Assembly: GCA_045651645.1 (NCBI GenBank)
Contig: JAZRSU010000023.1
Coordinates: forward strand, 16,175-80,174
Reading direction: 5' to 3'
DNA length: 64,000 nt
Source of the DNA: Acutalibacteraceae bacterium
Lineage (GTDB): Bacteria > Bacillota > Clostridia > Oscillospirales > Acutalibacteraceae
Below, in pieces: positions 17,047 through 26,095 of this stretch. A program made the position numbers and the translations under genes. Each line of letters starts with the position of its first letter. Positions within the stretch are counted from its first letter, which is position 1. The notes under the pieces were generated by a model that saw only the letters and a program-made list of their open reading frames with translations, ran no database searches and was not told the DNA's origin.

Positions 17047-18021
17047 ATGGGTTACAGACACCTTGTTTTCCCCGAAAATTCACTCTTCCTTGTCACAGGC
17101 GGAGCGGGATTTATCGGCTCAAATATCTGTGAAGCAATCCTTGAAATGGGTTACAGAGTGCGTTGCCTTGACGATTTGTCAACAGGCTCACAGAAAAACG
17201 TCGATATGTTCATTTCAAACCCGAACTATGAATTCATAAAGGGTGATATAAAAGATTTCGATACCTGTATGAAGGCCTGCGAGGGTGTCGATTACGTGCT
17301 CAACCAGGCTGCATGGGGCAGTGTTCCCAGAAGTATTGAAATGCCGCTTTTCTACTGTGCAAACAACATCAGCGGCACGCTTAATATGCTTGAAGCTGCA
17401 AGACAGAACAACGTAAAGAAATTTGTCTATGCATCTTCTTCATCGGTTTACGGCGATGAGCCCAATCTCCCCAAAAAGGAAGGCAGAGAAGGTAATCTCC
17501 TTTCTCCCTACGCTCTTACAAAGAGATGTGATGAAGAGTGGGCAAAACAGTATACAAAGCACTACGGTCTTGACACTTACGGAATGCGATATTTCAATGT
17601 TTTCGGCAGAAGACAGACACCTGACGGTGCTTATGCCGCAGTTATTCCGAAATTTATCAAAATGCTTATAAACGGTGAAACTCCCACAATCAACGGTGAC
17701 GGTAAGCAGAGCCGTGATTTCACATATATAGAAAACGTTATTGAGGCAAACCTCAAGGCATGCCTTGCTCCGCACGAAGCAGCAGGTGAAGCGTTCAATA
17801 TTGCCTACGGTGGCAGAGAATATCTGATTGATATCTACTACGGTCTTACAAAGGCTCTGAACGTTGATACCGAGCCGAACTTCGGCCCTGACAGAGCAGG
17901 CGACATAAAGCACAGTAATGCGGATATTTCAAAAGCCAAAGAGCTTCTCGGTTATGATCCGGAGTGGAGCTTTGAAAAGGGAATTGAAGCCGCAATTGCA
18001 TGGTATAAGGAAAATTTATGA
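17047..18021 (+). CDS. tviC: NAD-dependent UDP-HexNAc(A) 4-epimerase (TviC/WbpP-like SDR)
   Basis: Motifs LVTGGAGFIGSNICEAIL, YALTKRCDEEWAKQY (Y-x3-K) and RYFNVFGRRQ. ATG 17047 lies 9 nt after GGAGG (17033-17037). Confidence 0.75.
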   Translation: MGYRHLVFPENSLFLVTGGAGFIGSNICEAILEMGYRVRCLDDLSTGSQKNVDMFISNPNYEFIKGDIKDFDTCMKACEGVDYVLNQAAWGSVPRSIEMPLFYCANNISGTLNMLEAARQNNVKKFVYASSSSVYGDEPNLPKKEGREGNLLSPYALTKRCDEEWAKQYTKHYGLDTYGMRYFNVFGRRQTPDGAYAAVIPKFIKMLINGETPTINGDGKQSRDFTYIENVIEANLKACLAPHEAAGEAFNIAYGGREYLIDIYYGLTKALNVDTEPNFGPDRAGDIKHSNADISKAKELLGYDPEWSFEKGIEAAIAWYKENL

Positions 18022-19136
18022 GTAAAGGTACGATAATTTATTACGGCGGATTTACTCTGCCTGATAAAAGTGCATCGGCAAACAGAGTTGTTTCAAACGG
18101 CAAAATTTTTTCTGCACTCGGTTACAGAACCGCTTTTATAGGTGTATCGGAAGAAAAGTTTGACGGTATGAGACCTGTAGCAGGTTGCGACGATATGTTT
18201 GAGACAGCTCATCCTCAGTCTACAAAGCAGTGGCTGAAGCACATGCTGAGCGTTGAACATATAGAAAGCATTGTCGGTAAGCATAGCGATGTGTGCAAGA
18301 TAATCCTCTACAATGTTCCGATGTTTACTCTTGTGAAGGCTAAAAAGGTTTTTTCAAAGAGAAACATTGAGGTATGTTACGATTGTACCGAATGGACAAA
18401 AGATACCGACGGCTCATTGCCCAAAAGATTTTTCAAAGCATTTGATGAAATTCTCATAAGCAATTTTGCTCATAAAGTTGCCGACGGTATGATTGCCATA
18501 AGTTCAATGATGGAGAGAAAGTATAAAAAAAGCCAAAAGCTTCTCATTCTTCCTCCTCTTGTGGATATCAATGATGAAATCTGGCATCAGCAACCCGAGA
18601 ATCACGAGGGCATTTTTGAATTCCTGTTTGCGGGTATTCCCGACGGTAAAAAAGAAAGCCTTGATAAAGTTGTTGAAGCTTTCTGCAGCATAAACAAAGA
18701 CAATACCCTTTTACGTATTATCGGTATAACAGAAAACGATTTTAGCAGTATTTATCCCGGGTGTAAAATACCGGGAAACGCCAAAAACAAAATAATATTT
18801 ATGGGTAGGCTTTCGCATAAAGAAACTATCAGATATGTACTCGGGTGTGACTGTTATATATTTATCCGCCGATCAGATAAGCGTAATAACGCAGGCTTCC
18901 CGACAAAGTTTGCCGAAAGCTATACCTGCGGCGTTCCGATTATCACAACCGACGTCAGCGATGTCGGCAAATATATAAAAAAATCCGGCAGAGGCAGTTT
19001 GCTCCCGGATATGACAAAAGAAAACATATCCGAAGCAATGCTCTGTCAGATTAATAAGAAAAATCAACAAAATAATCTCGATAAAACGTTTCACTACGAA
19101 TCATTCATTCAGCCGACGGAAACTTGGATGAAATAA
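18018..19136 (+). CDS. GT-B fold glycosyltransferase (GT4/GT1-like)
   Basis: N-terminal IIYYGGFTLPDKSASANRV. C-terminal FMGRLSHKETIRYVLGCDCYIFIRRSDKRNNAGFPTKFAESYTCGVPIITTDVSDV. ATGA overlap with the upstream gene. Confidence 0.7.
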   Translation: MSKGTIIYYGGFTLPDKSASANRVVSNGKIFSALGYRTAFIGVSEEKFDGMRPVAGCDDMFETAHPQSTKQWLKHMLSVEHIESIVGKHSDVCKIILYNVPMFTLVKAKKVFSKRNIEVCYDCTEWTKDTDGSLPKRFFKAFDEILISNFAHKVADGMIAISSMMERKYKKSQKLLILPPLVDINDEIWHQQPENHEGIFEFLFAGIPDGKKESLDKVVEAFCSINKDNTLLRIIGITENDFSSIYPGCKIPGNAKNKIIFMGRLSHKETIRYVLGCDCYIFIRRSDKRNNAGFPTKFAESYTCGVPIITTDVSDVGKYIKKSGRGSLLPDMTKENISEAMLCQINKKNQQNNLDKTFHYESFIQPTETWMK

Positions 19137-19148
19137 AGGGGAATATTT

Positions 19149-20120
19149 ATGCAGTTTACCACTAAGCAAAAAAGACAATTGAAGTATTATGAATATGAAA
19201 GCTTGATTTATAGAGTTTCAGATCATCTGCCAAAAAAGTTTTATAAAAGAACGCACTATGGAGAAAGGGGAATCATTTCAATTGATGAAGGCAGAAAAAA
19301 AATTATTGATTTGGTTAATGGTAATAAACCTTTTATGGTCGGCAGATATGGAACAAGTGAGGGAAGAGCACTAGCAGAATATTATCAAATCAAATTTGGG
19401 CAAAGAAAAGATTATCTGCCCAGGACAAAAACTTTCCTTTGCTGTAATGCAGGATTTTTTCCTGAAGATACAAATTCCATAAATCGCTGGGGCGAACTTC
19501 TTTCAAGCCTTTCTCCTGAATGTGATGTGTTAGGCATTATGAATTTTTACTGCGAAGGTTGGATTGTTGAGAACTTATGTACAAATGCCATTTTAATGCC
19601 TAACGGAGGAATCGCTTCTGCCAGTAAAGGTTATACCCACTGCCTTGAAGGTAAGAAAATACTCGTTGTTCATCCTATGAATCAAACCATCGAATCGCAA
19701 TACCTTAAAAATAGAGAAAAAATTTTTCCCGGAAGTAATGCTTTGCCTAAATTTGAGTTAGAAACTTTTAAAGCAGTAAATACACAGGCAGACGAAACTG
19801 ATGCAAGGTTTTCAACTTGGTTTGATGCTCTAGATTATATGACCGAAGAAGTTGCAAAGCGTGATTTCGATATAGCTTTGATAGGTTGTGGAGCATATGG
19901 ATTTCCTCTTTCAGCAAGAATAAAACAAATGGGAAAATCTGCAATCCATATGGGGGGAGCAGTTCAGACACTGTTTGGAATTAAAAGTGGAAGAGGTTTA
20001 AGTAATTCCTATATTAATAGTTTATATAATGATTATTGGGTTTGGCCGGATGAAAATGACAGACCTAAGGGTTCCGAAAAAGTTGAAAATGGTTGTTATT
20101 GGGAGCCGATTAATAAATAG
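19149..20120 (+). CDS. Hypothetical protein, possibly a GT-D (DUF1792-like) glycosyltransferase
   Basis: Motifs FMVGRYGTSEGRAL and later DIALIGCGAYGFPLSARIKQMGKSAIHMGGAVQTLFGI recall the GT-D fold layout. This is weak recognition by eye only. The gene is visibly more AT-rich than its neighbours. Confidence 0.4.
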   Translation: MQFTTKQKRQLKYYEYESLIYRVSDHLPKKFYKRTHYGERGIISIDEGRKKIIDLVNGNKPFMVGRYGTSEGRALAEYYQIKFGQRKDYLPRTKTFLCCNAGFFPEDTNSINRWGELLSSLSPECDVLGIMNFYCEGWIVENLCTNAILMPNGGIASASKGYTHCLEGKKILVVHPMNQTIESQYLKNREKIFPGSNALPKFELETFKAVNTQADETDARFSTWFDALDYMTEEVAKRDFDIALIGCGAYGFPLSARIKQMGKSAIHMGGAVQTLFGIKSGRGLSNSYINSLYNDYWVWPDENDRPKGSEKVENGCYWEPINK

Positions 20121-20205
20121 TGTATAATTTCAATTTGCATAGCTATTAAGTATATTTCGTTATTTTAAAAAATTATGATTTTATATCTTGGTTAGGAGTG
20201 AGAAT

Positions 20206-21423
20206 ATGCTCAAAAACGGATTGACGTACGGTCTTATTCAGAAAATTGCCGTACTTTATATCATTATCTGGACTGTTTCTCCTCCTTTACAGGTTGATAC
20301 AATCTACCGTCTTATCGCACTTGCATGTGCCGTTATATGGGCGGCAATATGGATTATAAGAGAAAGCCCGATTACTTTAGGCAAAGAACAGATATGCGCT
20401 GTATTTTTTCTGATAGCTGTCGTAGTGGTTGTTTATTTTGAAGAGTACGATTTTGAAAGTATTATCAAACAGATTGCTCTTATAATGCTTGTCGTATGCT
20501 TTATGATGACGTATTTCTATGACGATAAATGGGATGAACTTGCAGGCATTGTGCCTATCGTTCTTATTCTGCTGACAGTATGGAATTATAAAACGTTGGA
20601 CGTTCTTATTGAAGACCATACCATTGCAAGACAGCTTGTGCGTGACGACGAAGTAACACATGAATATCTCAGGCAAGGTATAGGCGGTTACAGTCTGATA
20701 TATCCTCAGGCGTGTATATCTCCGCTCATATTGGCGTGGACTTATAAATCACTCAAGCACAATAAACTGTTTTTTGTGATAGGTGTAGCCTGGCTTTATA
20801 CATATGTACGCTACATTGAGTTGGCAGGTTATTCGATAGCACTGTTTACAAGTGCCATCGGTCTTATCCTTCTTCTGTTTTACAGAGGCAAAAACATACT
20901 TGTTGCCTTTATAATTACCATTATTGCTTTCATCGGAATAATGGCAGCCATATTGTATGTAGAACCATTCAGAGAGTGGATACTCGAAACCTTTGACGGT
21001 ACTGCTGTTGCGCGAAAGGTAAACGACCTTGTTTACGGCTCAGAAACAGGTGTAACAGGTGACTCGATACAGGTTCGTATCAATGCTTATTCAAACAGCT
21101 TAATGGATATGATAAAATATCCGCTGATTGGTTCGCTCTGGCGCGAAAACGGCGGCGGACATTCCGCACTTATGGATATTACATCAAAATACGGCATTTT
21201 TGGCGGATACGCTTTTTCAATGATGTTTTATCACGTGCCGCTTCACTATAAACATCATACCGATGATAAGTTTATCATTCGTGCGGCGAACGCTACACTC
21301 GTAACGCTGCTCTTTGTTTCGTTGCTTGACTCGTACAATTATTCATTCACCTGTATGGTAATGATTGTCTCCTCGCTTATATTTGAAGATATTATAAAAT
21401 GGACCGGAGCTGAAAAAACATGA
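20206..21423 (+). CDS. wzy: Polytopic membrane protein, O-antigen polymerase/ligase family (Wzy-like)
   Basis: About 10-12 hydrophobic segments plus a large loop with a Wzy_C-like motif (GGGHSALMDITSKYGIFGGYAF). ATG 20206 follows AGGAG, so I prefer it to TTG 20188. Confidence 0.7.
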   Translation: MLKNGLTYGLIQKIAVLYIIIWTVSPPLQVDTIYRLIALACAVIWAAIWIIRESPITLGKEQICAVFFLIAVVVVVYFEEYDFESIIKQIALIMLVVCFMMTYFYDDKWDELAGIVPIVLILLTVWNYKTLDVLIEDHTIARQLVRDDEVTHEYLRQGIGGYSLIYPQACISPLILAWTYKSLKHNKLFFVIGVAWLYTYVRYIELAGYSIALFTSAIGLILLLFYRGKNILVAFIITIIAFIGIMAAILYVEPFREWILETFDGTAVARKVNDLVYGSETGVTGDSIQVRINAYSNSLMDMIKYPLIGSLWRENGGGHSALMDITSKYGIFGGYAFSMMFYHVPLHYKHHTDDKFIIRAANATLVTLLFVSLLDSYNYSFTCMVMIVSSLIFEDIIKWTGAEKT

Positions 21424-22676
21424 AGGTTTTATGGACAGTGAATTTAATACCTGCCGCAGTTTCGGTCAAGCTCGGTAAAAAATCCGAGGTGCTTGGCGGT
21501 TGGGTTGAATCCATGGCAGAACAGCTGAGCAAAAACAGTGAAATTGAGCTTGGAATTGTCTGCAAATGCGAAGATAATCTGAGCTTTTGCGAAAGAATTG
21601 ACGGTATAACATATTTTAGCCTTCATTACACCTCTTCAACCTCTCTTACAGAGCTTGAATCAGAATGTGATAAAATTGTTTCGGATTTCAAGCCTGATAT
21701 TGTCAATATTGAAGGTACTGAATTTCTTCATGCGAGAGCGATGCAGCTTACAGCAAAAAAACATAATATACCTGCTGTTGTTTCACTCCAGGGTATTCTT
21801 AACGGACAGTATGCTTATCAGTGCGGTCAGCTTCCCATTGACGATATGATGTTTTCAAAATCTTTGACGAACATCTTTTCTGCCTGGATTATGCATCTTC
21901 GCAAAACTATGTGGTATAAGCCCCGTATGAAGCCTGAAAAAGAGATAATCGAAAATGCCGATTATATTCTGGGCAGAACAACGTGGGACAGAGCACATTC
22001 CTATGCAATTAATCCCGATGCAAAATACTATCCCTGCAGCCGAATTCTGCGTGCACCTTTCTATGAAGAAAAATGGAGCCTTGAAAAAGCCGAGAGACAT
22101 TCAATATATGTCGGTAACGGATACAATGCCCTCAAGGGTGCTCACTTTGTTGTGATGGCACTCCCTTATCTTATAAGAGAATATCCCGACGTGAAAGTTT
22201 ATATTGCGGGATATAAGCCTTATCAGGAGAACGATAAGCGCTCAATTCTTAAGAAGGGTTATGCCGCGTATCTCAAAAAGCTTATTTACGATCTTGGCGT
22301 GCAGGATCATATTGAATTTACGGGTCCGCTCAAAGCACCTAAGGTAGCCGAAAAGCTTTCAAAGGTAAATGCTTATGTATTATGTTCAACTGTCGAAAAC
22401 AGCCCCAACACCCTCGGTGAAGCGATGATGGTTGGTACACCTTGCGTTGCAGCTTACGTCGGCGGTGTTTCGGATATGGCTCAAGACGGTAAAGAAGCTC
22501 TGTTTTACCGTAACGACGACCCGAAGCTTCTTGCGTGGAATCTCAAGCGTATTTTTGACAGTGATGAGCTTGCTCTGTCACTTTCCGAAGCAGGCAAGAA
22601 AAAGGCACGTATAACACACGATCCCGAAAGAAACGCACAGATGCTTATTGATGCTTATACAGATATTTTAGAGTGA
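21420..22676 (+). CDS. GT4-family glycosyltransferase
   Basis: STVENSPNTLGEAMMVGTPCVAAYVGGVSDMAQDGKEALFY (E-x7-E region). ATGA overlap with the wzy-like gene. Confidence 0.85.
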   Translation: MKVLWTVNLIPAAVSVKLGKKSEVLGGWVESMAEQLSKNSEIELGIVCKCEDNLSFCERIDGITYFSLHYTSSTSLTELESECDKIVSDFKPDIVNIEGTEFLHARAMQLTAKKHNIPAVVSLQGILNGQYAYQCGQLPIDDMMFSKSLTNIFSAWIMHLRKTMWYKPRMKPEKEIIENADYILGRTTWDRAHSYAINPDAKYYPCSRILRAPFYEEKWSLEKAERHSIYVGNGYNALKGAHFVVMALPYLIREYPDVKVYIAGYKPYQENDKRSILKKGYAAYLKKLIYDLGVQDHIEFTGPLKAPKVAEKLSKVNAYVLCSTVENSPNTLGEAMMVGTPCVAAYVGGVSDMAQDGKEALFYRNDDPKLLAWNLKRIFDSDELALSLSEAGKKKARITHDPERNAQMLIDAYTDILE

Positions 22677-22940
22677 CGGAAGCAATCCGAATTATGCCTG
22701 AAAGCGATTCTTTTCAACGCTTTTCGGCGTTTCGGGATTGAAAGGCATCAGCCTTTCTGCTCCCTCAATCGCCAAAAATCATTTTAAAATCATCAGCTTT
22801 CAGGTCGAAGATTTTTTATCGTGAAGATTTTTGGTTTATCAAGGCACAAAACGGAGCAAATCCTTGACGGATTTGCGAGTATTTTAACAAAGATAAGACG
22901 GAAATCATCCGATAAAAAACACAGTTCGGATTACTTCCGT
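22676..22940. repeat. 16-bp inverted repeat pair (15/16 match) bracketing the intergenic region between the two glycan modules
   Basis: Left arm ACGGAAGCAATCCGAA (22676-22691) starts on the last base of the upstream stop codon. Right arm TTCGGATTACTTCCGT (22925-22940) has reverse complement ACGGAAGTAATCCGAA and ends 20 nt before ATG 22961. Internal hairpins lie at 22740-22757 and 22855-22878. Confidence 0.9.
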
Positions 22941-22960
22941 TACTCTGGAGGAGAAATAAT

Positions 22961-23890
22961 ATGAGTTACGCACCGATTATAATATTTGTATATAACCGTG
23001 CAGACCATTTTATTCAAGTTTATAATGCACTTGCCGCCTGTAAAGAAGCAAAGGAATCAGAGCTGTTTATTTTCTCTGACGGCGCTAAAAACGAAGCCGG
23101 TAAAGAAAAGGTTAACGAAGTGCGTGCCGCTGTTGCTGCTGTTAAAGATGCAGGCGATTTCAGATCTGTTATCGTTACCGAAAGCCCTGTAAATAAAGGC
23201 CTCGCCGCATCGGTTATTGCAGGTGTTACAGAAATCATCAACAAATACGGCAAAGTAATTGTTGTTGAGGATGACTGTAAGGTTTCTCCTTTTTTTCTTC
23301 GTTTTATGAACAGTGCTCTTGATTATTATCAAGCAAATAAAAAAATCGGTTCAATAGCAGGATATACTCCTATGATAAATCTTCCCGAAAATTACAGCAG
23401 TGATGTATTTGCCGCATACCGTTCATGCAGCTGGACATGGGCAACATGGAAAGACCGATGGGAAAAAGTAGACTGGGAGCTCAAAGATATAAAAGATTTT
23501 TATGAATCTCCTAAGCTTATCCGCCGCCTTAATTCAAACGGCAGTGACAGATTTATCCGTCTTTACCGTCAGACAAAGGGCAACGGCAGCTCCTGGTCGG
23601 TCAGATTCGGTACACATCTTGTTAAGAATAATCTGCTTACGGTTTACCCTAAATTCTCATATAACAGCAACATCGGTTGTGATGAATCCGGTGTGCACAG
23701 CAAATCGGATGACGCAGAAAAAATGCGTGTTGATTTATCAAAAGCTATCGAAAATCCTGTTTTAATCGACGTTGAAATCGACAGCAGAATTCAGAAGATA
23801 ATGAAAAAGCATTATTCCTACGGATTTATTTCGGAAGCCAAGAAATTTATCGCAACACTCTTGATTGTCATTAAAGAAAGGTTGAGATAA
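22961..23890 (+). CDS. GT-A fold glycosyltransferase (GT2-like)
   Basis: PIIIFVYNRADHFIQVYNALAAC ... LFIFSDGAKNE ... VIVVEDDCKVSPFF (acidic DxD-like motif). Strong RBS GGAGGAG. Confidence 0.6.
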   Translation: MSYAPIIIFVYNRADHFIQVYNALAACKEAKESELFIFSDGAKNEAGKEKVNEVRAAVAAVKDAGDFRSVIVTESPVNKGLAASVIAGVTEIINKYGKVIVVEDDCKVSPFFLRFMNSALDYYQANKKIGSIAGYTPMINLPENYSSDVFAAYRSCSWTWATWKDRWEKVDWELKDIKDFYESPKLIRRLNSNGSDRFIRLYRQTKGNGSSWSVRFGTHLVKNNLLTVYPKFSYNSNIGCDESGVHSKSDDAEKMRVDLSKAIENPVLIDVEIDSRIQKIMKKHYSYGFISEAKKFIATLLIVIKERLR

Positions 23891-23894
23891 AATA

Positions 23895-24887
23895 ATGGAA
23901 AATCAGCCTCTCGTAAGCGTAATAATCCCTGTCTATAACGTTGAAGAGTATCTTTGCGAATGTATAGACAGCGTTATAAATCAGACATATAAAAATCTGC
24001 AGATAATCTTTGTTGACGACGGGTCAACCGACTCTTCCGGCAAAATCTGCGATGATTATGCGGAGAAAGATGAAAGAATAAGCGTTGTTCACAAGAAAAA
24101 CAGCGGACCGTCAAGGACACGAAACGTCGGACTTGAGCATGCCAAAGGCAAATATATCTATTTTCTTGACAGTGATGATTATATAGAACTCAATGCATTG
24201 GAATTACTTGTAAATACAGCAGAATCTGATGGTGCAGACCTTGTGTTTTTTGATGCGCGTTCTTTTTCAGATGACGGAGCTCAGATAAAACAAGGATATG
24301 TTGTTAAAGGTACTTATGAATCAAAAAACGGCTATGAGGTTTTAACAGACTTACATAACAATAAAGACTATCATTGTGCAATTTATCTCTTGTTTATAAG
24401 CCGAAAACTTATTTCAGATAACAAAATTGCTTTTCTTGAATCAGCATATTGTTCCGAAGATATGCTTTTTACATATCAGATATACTGTCACGCCAAAAAA
24501 ACAGTTCAATGTAAAAATACTTTATATCACAGACGTTACCGTTCCGGTTCTATTGTAACCTCCGGAAAAAATAAACGTCACTTCCGGAGTTGTCGTGATG
24601 TTTATGAAGAAATCCGAGACTTTTCAGAACGTATCGGAAAAACCGGAGACTATATGGCAACAGAATATACCGTGCGTTGTGCATTCAATGCACTTGATAC
24701 TTTTAAAAAGATTCCGGAAAAAGAACAAGTGCTCTGCAAAGAAGAATATAAGTTACTCAAGCAGGATATTCTCTCACATTCAGCTTTCGGTAACACATCA
24801 CTTAAAATGCGCTGTTACGGTAAAGCATTCTGGTTTGTTTACAAAGTATTTGAAAAAACAGTCGGCAGACTACTGAAAGGAAAATAA
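23895..24887 (+). CDS. GT2-family glycosyltransferase
   Basis: VSVIIPVYNVEEYLCECIDSVINQTYKNLQIIFVDDGSTDSSGKICDDYA ... YIYFLDSDDY. Confidence 0.9.
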   Translation: MENQPLVSVIIPVYNVEEYLCECIDSVINQTYKNLQIIFVDDGSTDSSGKICDDYAEKDERISVVHKKNSGPSRTRNVGLEHAKGKYIYFLDSDDYIELNALELLVNTAESDGADLVFFDARSFSDDGAQIKQGYVVKGTYESKNGYEVLTDLHNNKDYHCAIYLLFISRKLISDNKIAFLESAYCSEDMLFTYQIYCHAKKTVQCKNTLYHRRYRSGSIVTSGKNKRHFRSCRDVYEEIRDFSERIGKTGDYMATEYTVRCAFNALDTFKKIPEKEQVLCKEEYKLLKQDILSHSAFGNTSLKMRCYGKAFWFVYKVFEKTVGRLLKGK

Positions 24888-26095
24888 TGAGCAAGAAAAA
24901 ACAGCTTATGTTCATAATGCCCGTTATGAAGGGCGGCGGTGCGGAAAAAGTTGCGGCATTGCTTCTCAATGAATTTAATAAAAACGGTTATGAGTGTGAG
25001 CTTGTTCTTACCAACTCAGACAGAGATGAGATTGTTGACCGCGGACTCAGTCCCGAAGTCAGCCTTACCGTACTGCGTGAAGCTTTTCCGAAAAGCAGTG
25101 TTTTCAGAAAACTGTTTATAAGTTTTCTCGGATTTTCATCTTCACTTGTTTGTAAAATTCCCGAAGCTTTTGGCAAAAAAGTTCCTGCCGGTCTGGCAAA
25201 ATTTTCATTCAGTGCTCAGTATTATGATGAACTGAAAGCACTTGAAAAGCATTTCGCAGCAAAGCCCGATGCGGTAATTCTTTCTTTCCTTCAGCCTTCA
25301 ATTCCTCTCACACTGCTTGCGTCAGAAGGTTTACCTAACAGAGTTGTAGTTTCAGAAAGAGCAGACCCGTACCGACTTCTTAAAAAGCGTTACGGATATA
25401 ACTTTATAAAAAAATATTATCAGCGTGCTGATGCGGTTGTCTTTCAGACAAACGATGCAAAAGCCGCTTATCCTGCCAATATTTCAAAAAAGGGTACGGT
25501 TATTTTTAATCCCATAAACGATAAACTCCCTTTACCTTATCACGGTGACCGAGAAAAATATGTTACAACTTTCTGCCGTGTTTCAAGGCAGAAAAACCTG
25601 CCGGTGCTTGTCAGTGCTTTTGCAGGCTTTCATCAAGATTTCAGCGATTACATACTGAAAATAATTGGTGAGCCGCAGAACGATGATGATAAGGCCGCCC
25701 TCGAAGAAACCAAGGTGCTTGCGGACAAGCTCGGCATTGCCGAATATATTGATTTTATGCCGTTCAGCTCTCAGGTGCACGACCTTATTATCCGCGACGC
25801 TATGTACGTCAATTCATCCGACTATGAAGGTATGTCCAACGCAATGCTTGAGGCAATGGCAATAGGTATGCCCGTTATCTGTACAGACTGTCCCATTGGC
25901 GGTGCAAACGCTGTTATAGATAATAACAAAAACGGTATCCTGACCGAAGTTGGTAATGCAGAAGAAATGTGCATCGCGATGAAGAAAATTGCAGGCGATA
26001 AATCTTTTGCAGATACACTTTCACATAACGTGGCACAGATAAGATATGACCTTTCACTCGATAACACAGCAAAGAAATGGATGGAGCTGTTATAA
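24887..26095 (+). CDS. GT4-family glycosyltransferase (paralog of 28920-30119)
   Basis: MPVMKGGGAEKV ... FCRVSRQKNLPVLVSAF ... SSDYEGMSNAMLEAMAIGMPVICTDCPIGGANAVIDNNKNGIL. Confidence 0.9.
   Translation: MSKKKQLMFIMPVMKGGGAEKVAALLLNEFNKNGYECELVLTNSDRDEIVDRGLSPEVSLTVLREAFPKSSVFRKLFISFLGFSSSLVCKIPEAFGKKVPAGLAKFSFSAQYYDELKALEKHFAAKPDAVILSFLQPSIPLTLLASEGLPNRVVVSERADPYRLLKKRYGYNFIKKYYQRADAVVFQTNDAKAAYPANISKKGTVIFNPINDKLPLPYHGDREKYVTTFCRVSRQKNLPVLVSAFAGFHQDFSDYILKIIGEPQNDDDKAALEETKVLADKLGIAEYIDFMPFSSQVHDLIIRDAMYVNSSDYEGMSNAMLEAMAIGMPVICTDCPIGGANAVIDNNKNGILTEVGNAEEMCIAMKKIAGDKSFADTLSHNVAQIRYDLSLDNTAKKWMELL

Noticed and set aside
20206-21423. Possibility that the polytopic membrane protein is the missing Wzx flippase
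   Set aside because: It has a large extracytoplasmic loop with a Wzy_C/O-antigen-ligase-like motif (GGGHSALMD...YGIFGG) and lacks the even 12-14 TM MATE-like pattern of MOP flippases. I called it Wzy-like instead.
22676-22940. MITE or IS remnant as the explanation for the inverted repeats
   Set aside because: There is no target-site duplication (flanks GTG and TAC), no transposase fragment, and no other copy of the arms in the window. This is not fully excluded, since a genome-wide copy count would settle it, so the region is kept as a finding under the inverton or structured-RNA hypotheses.
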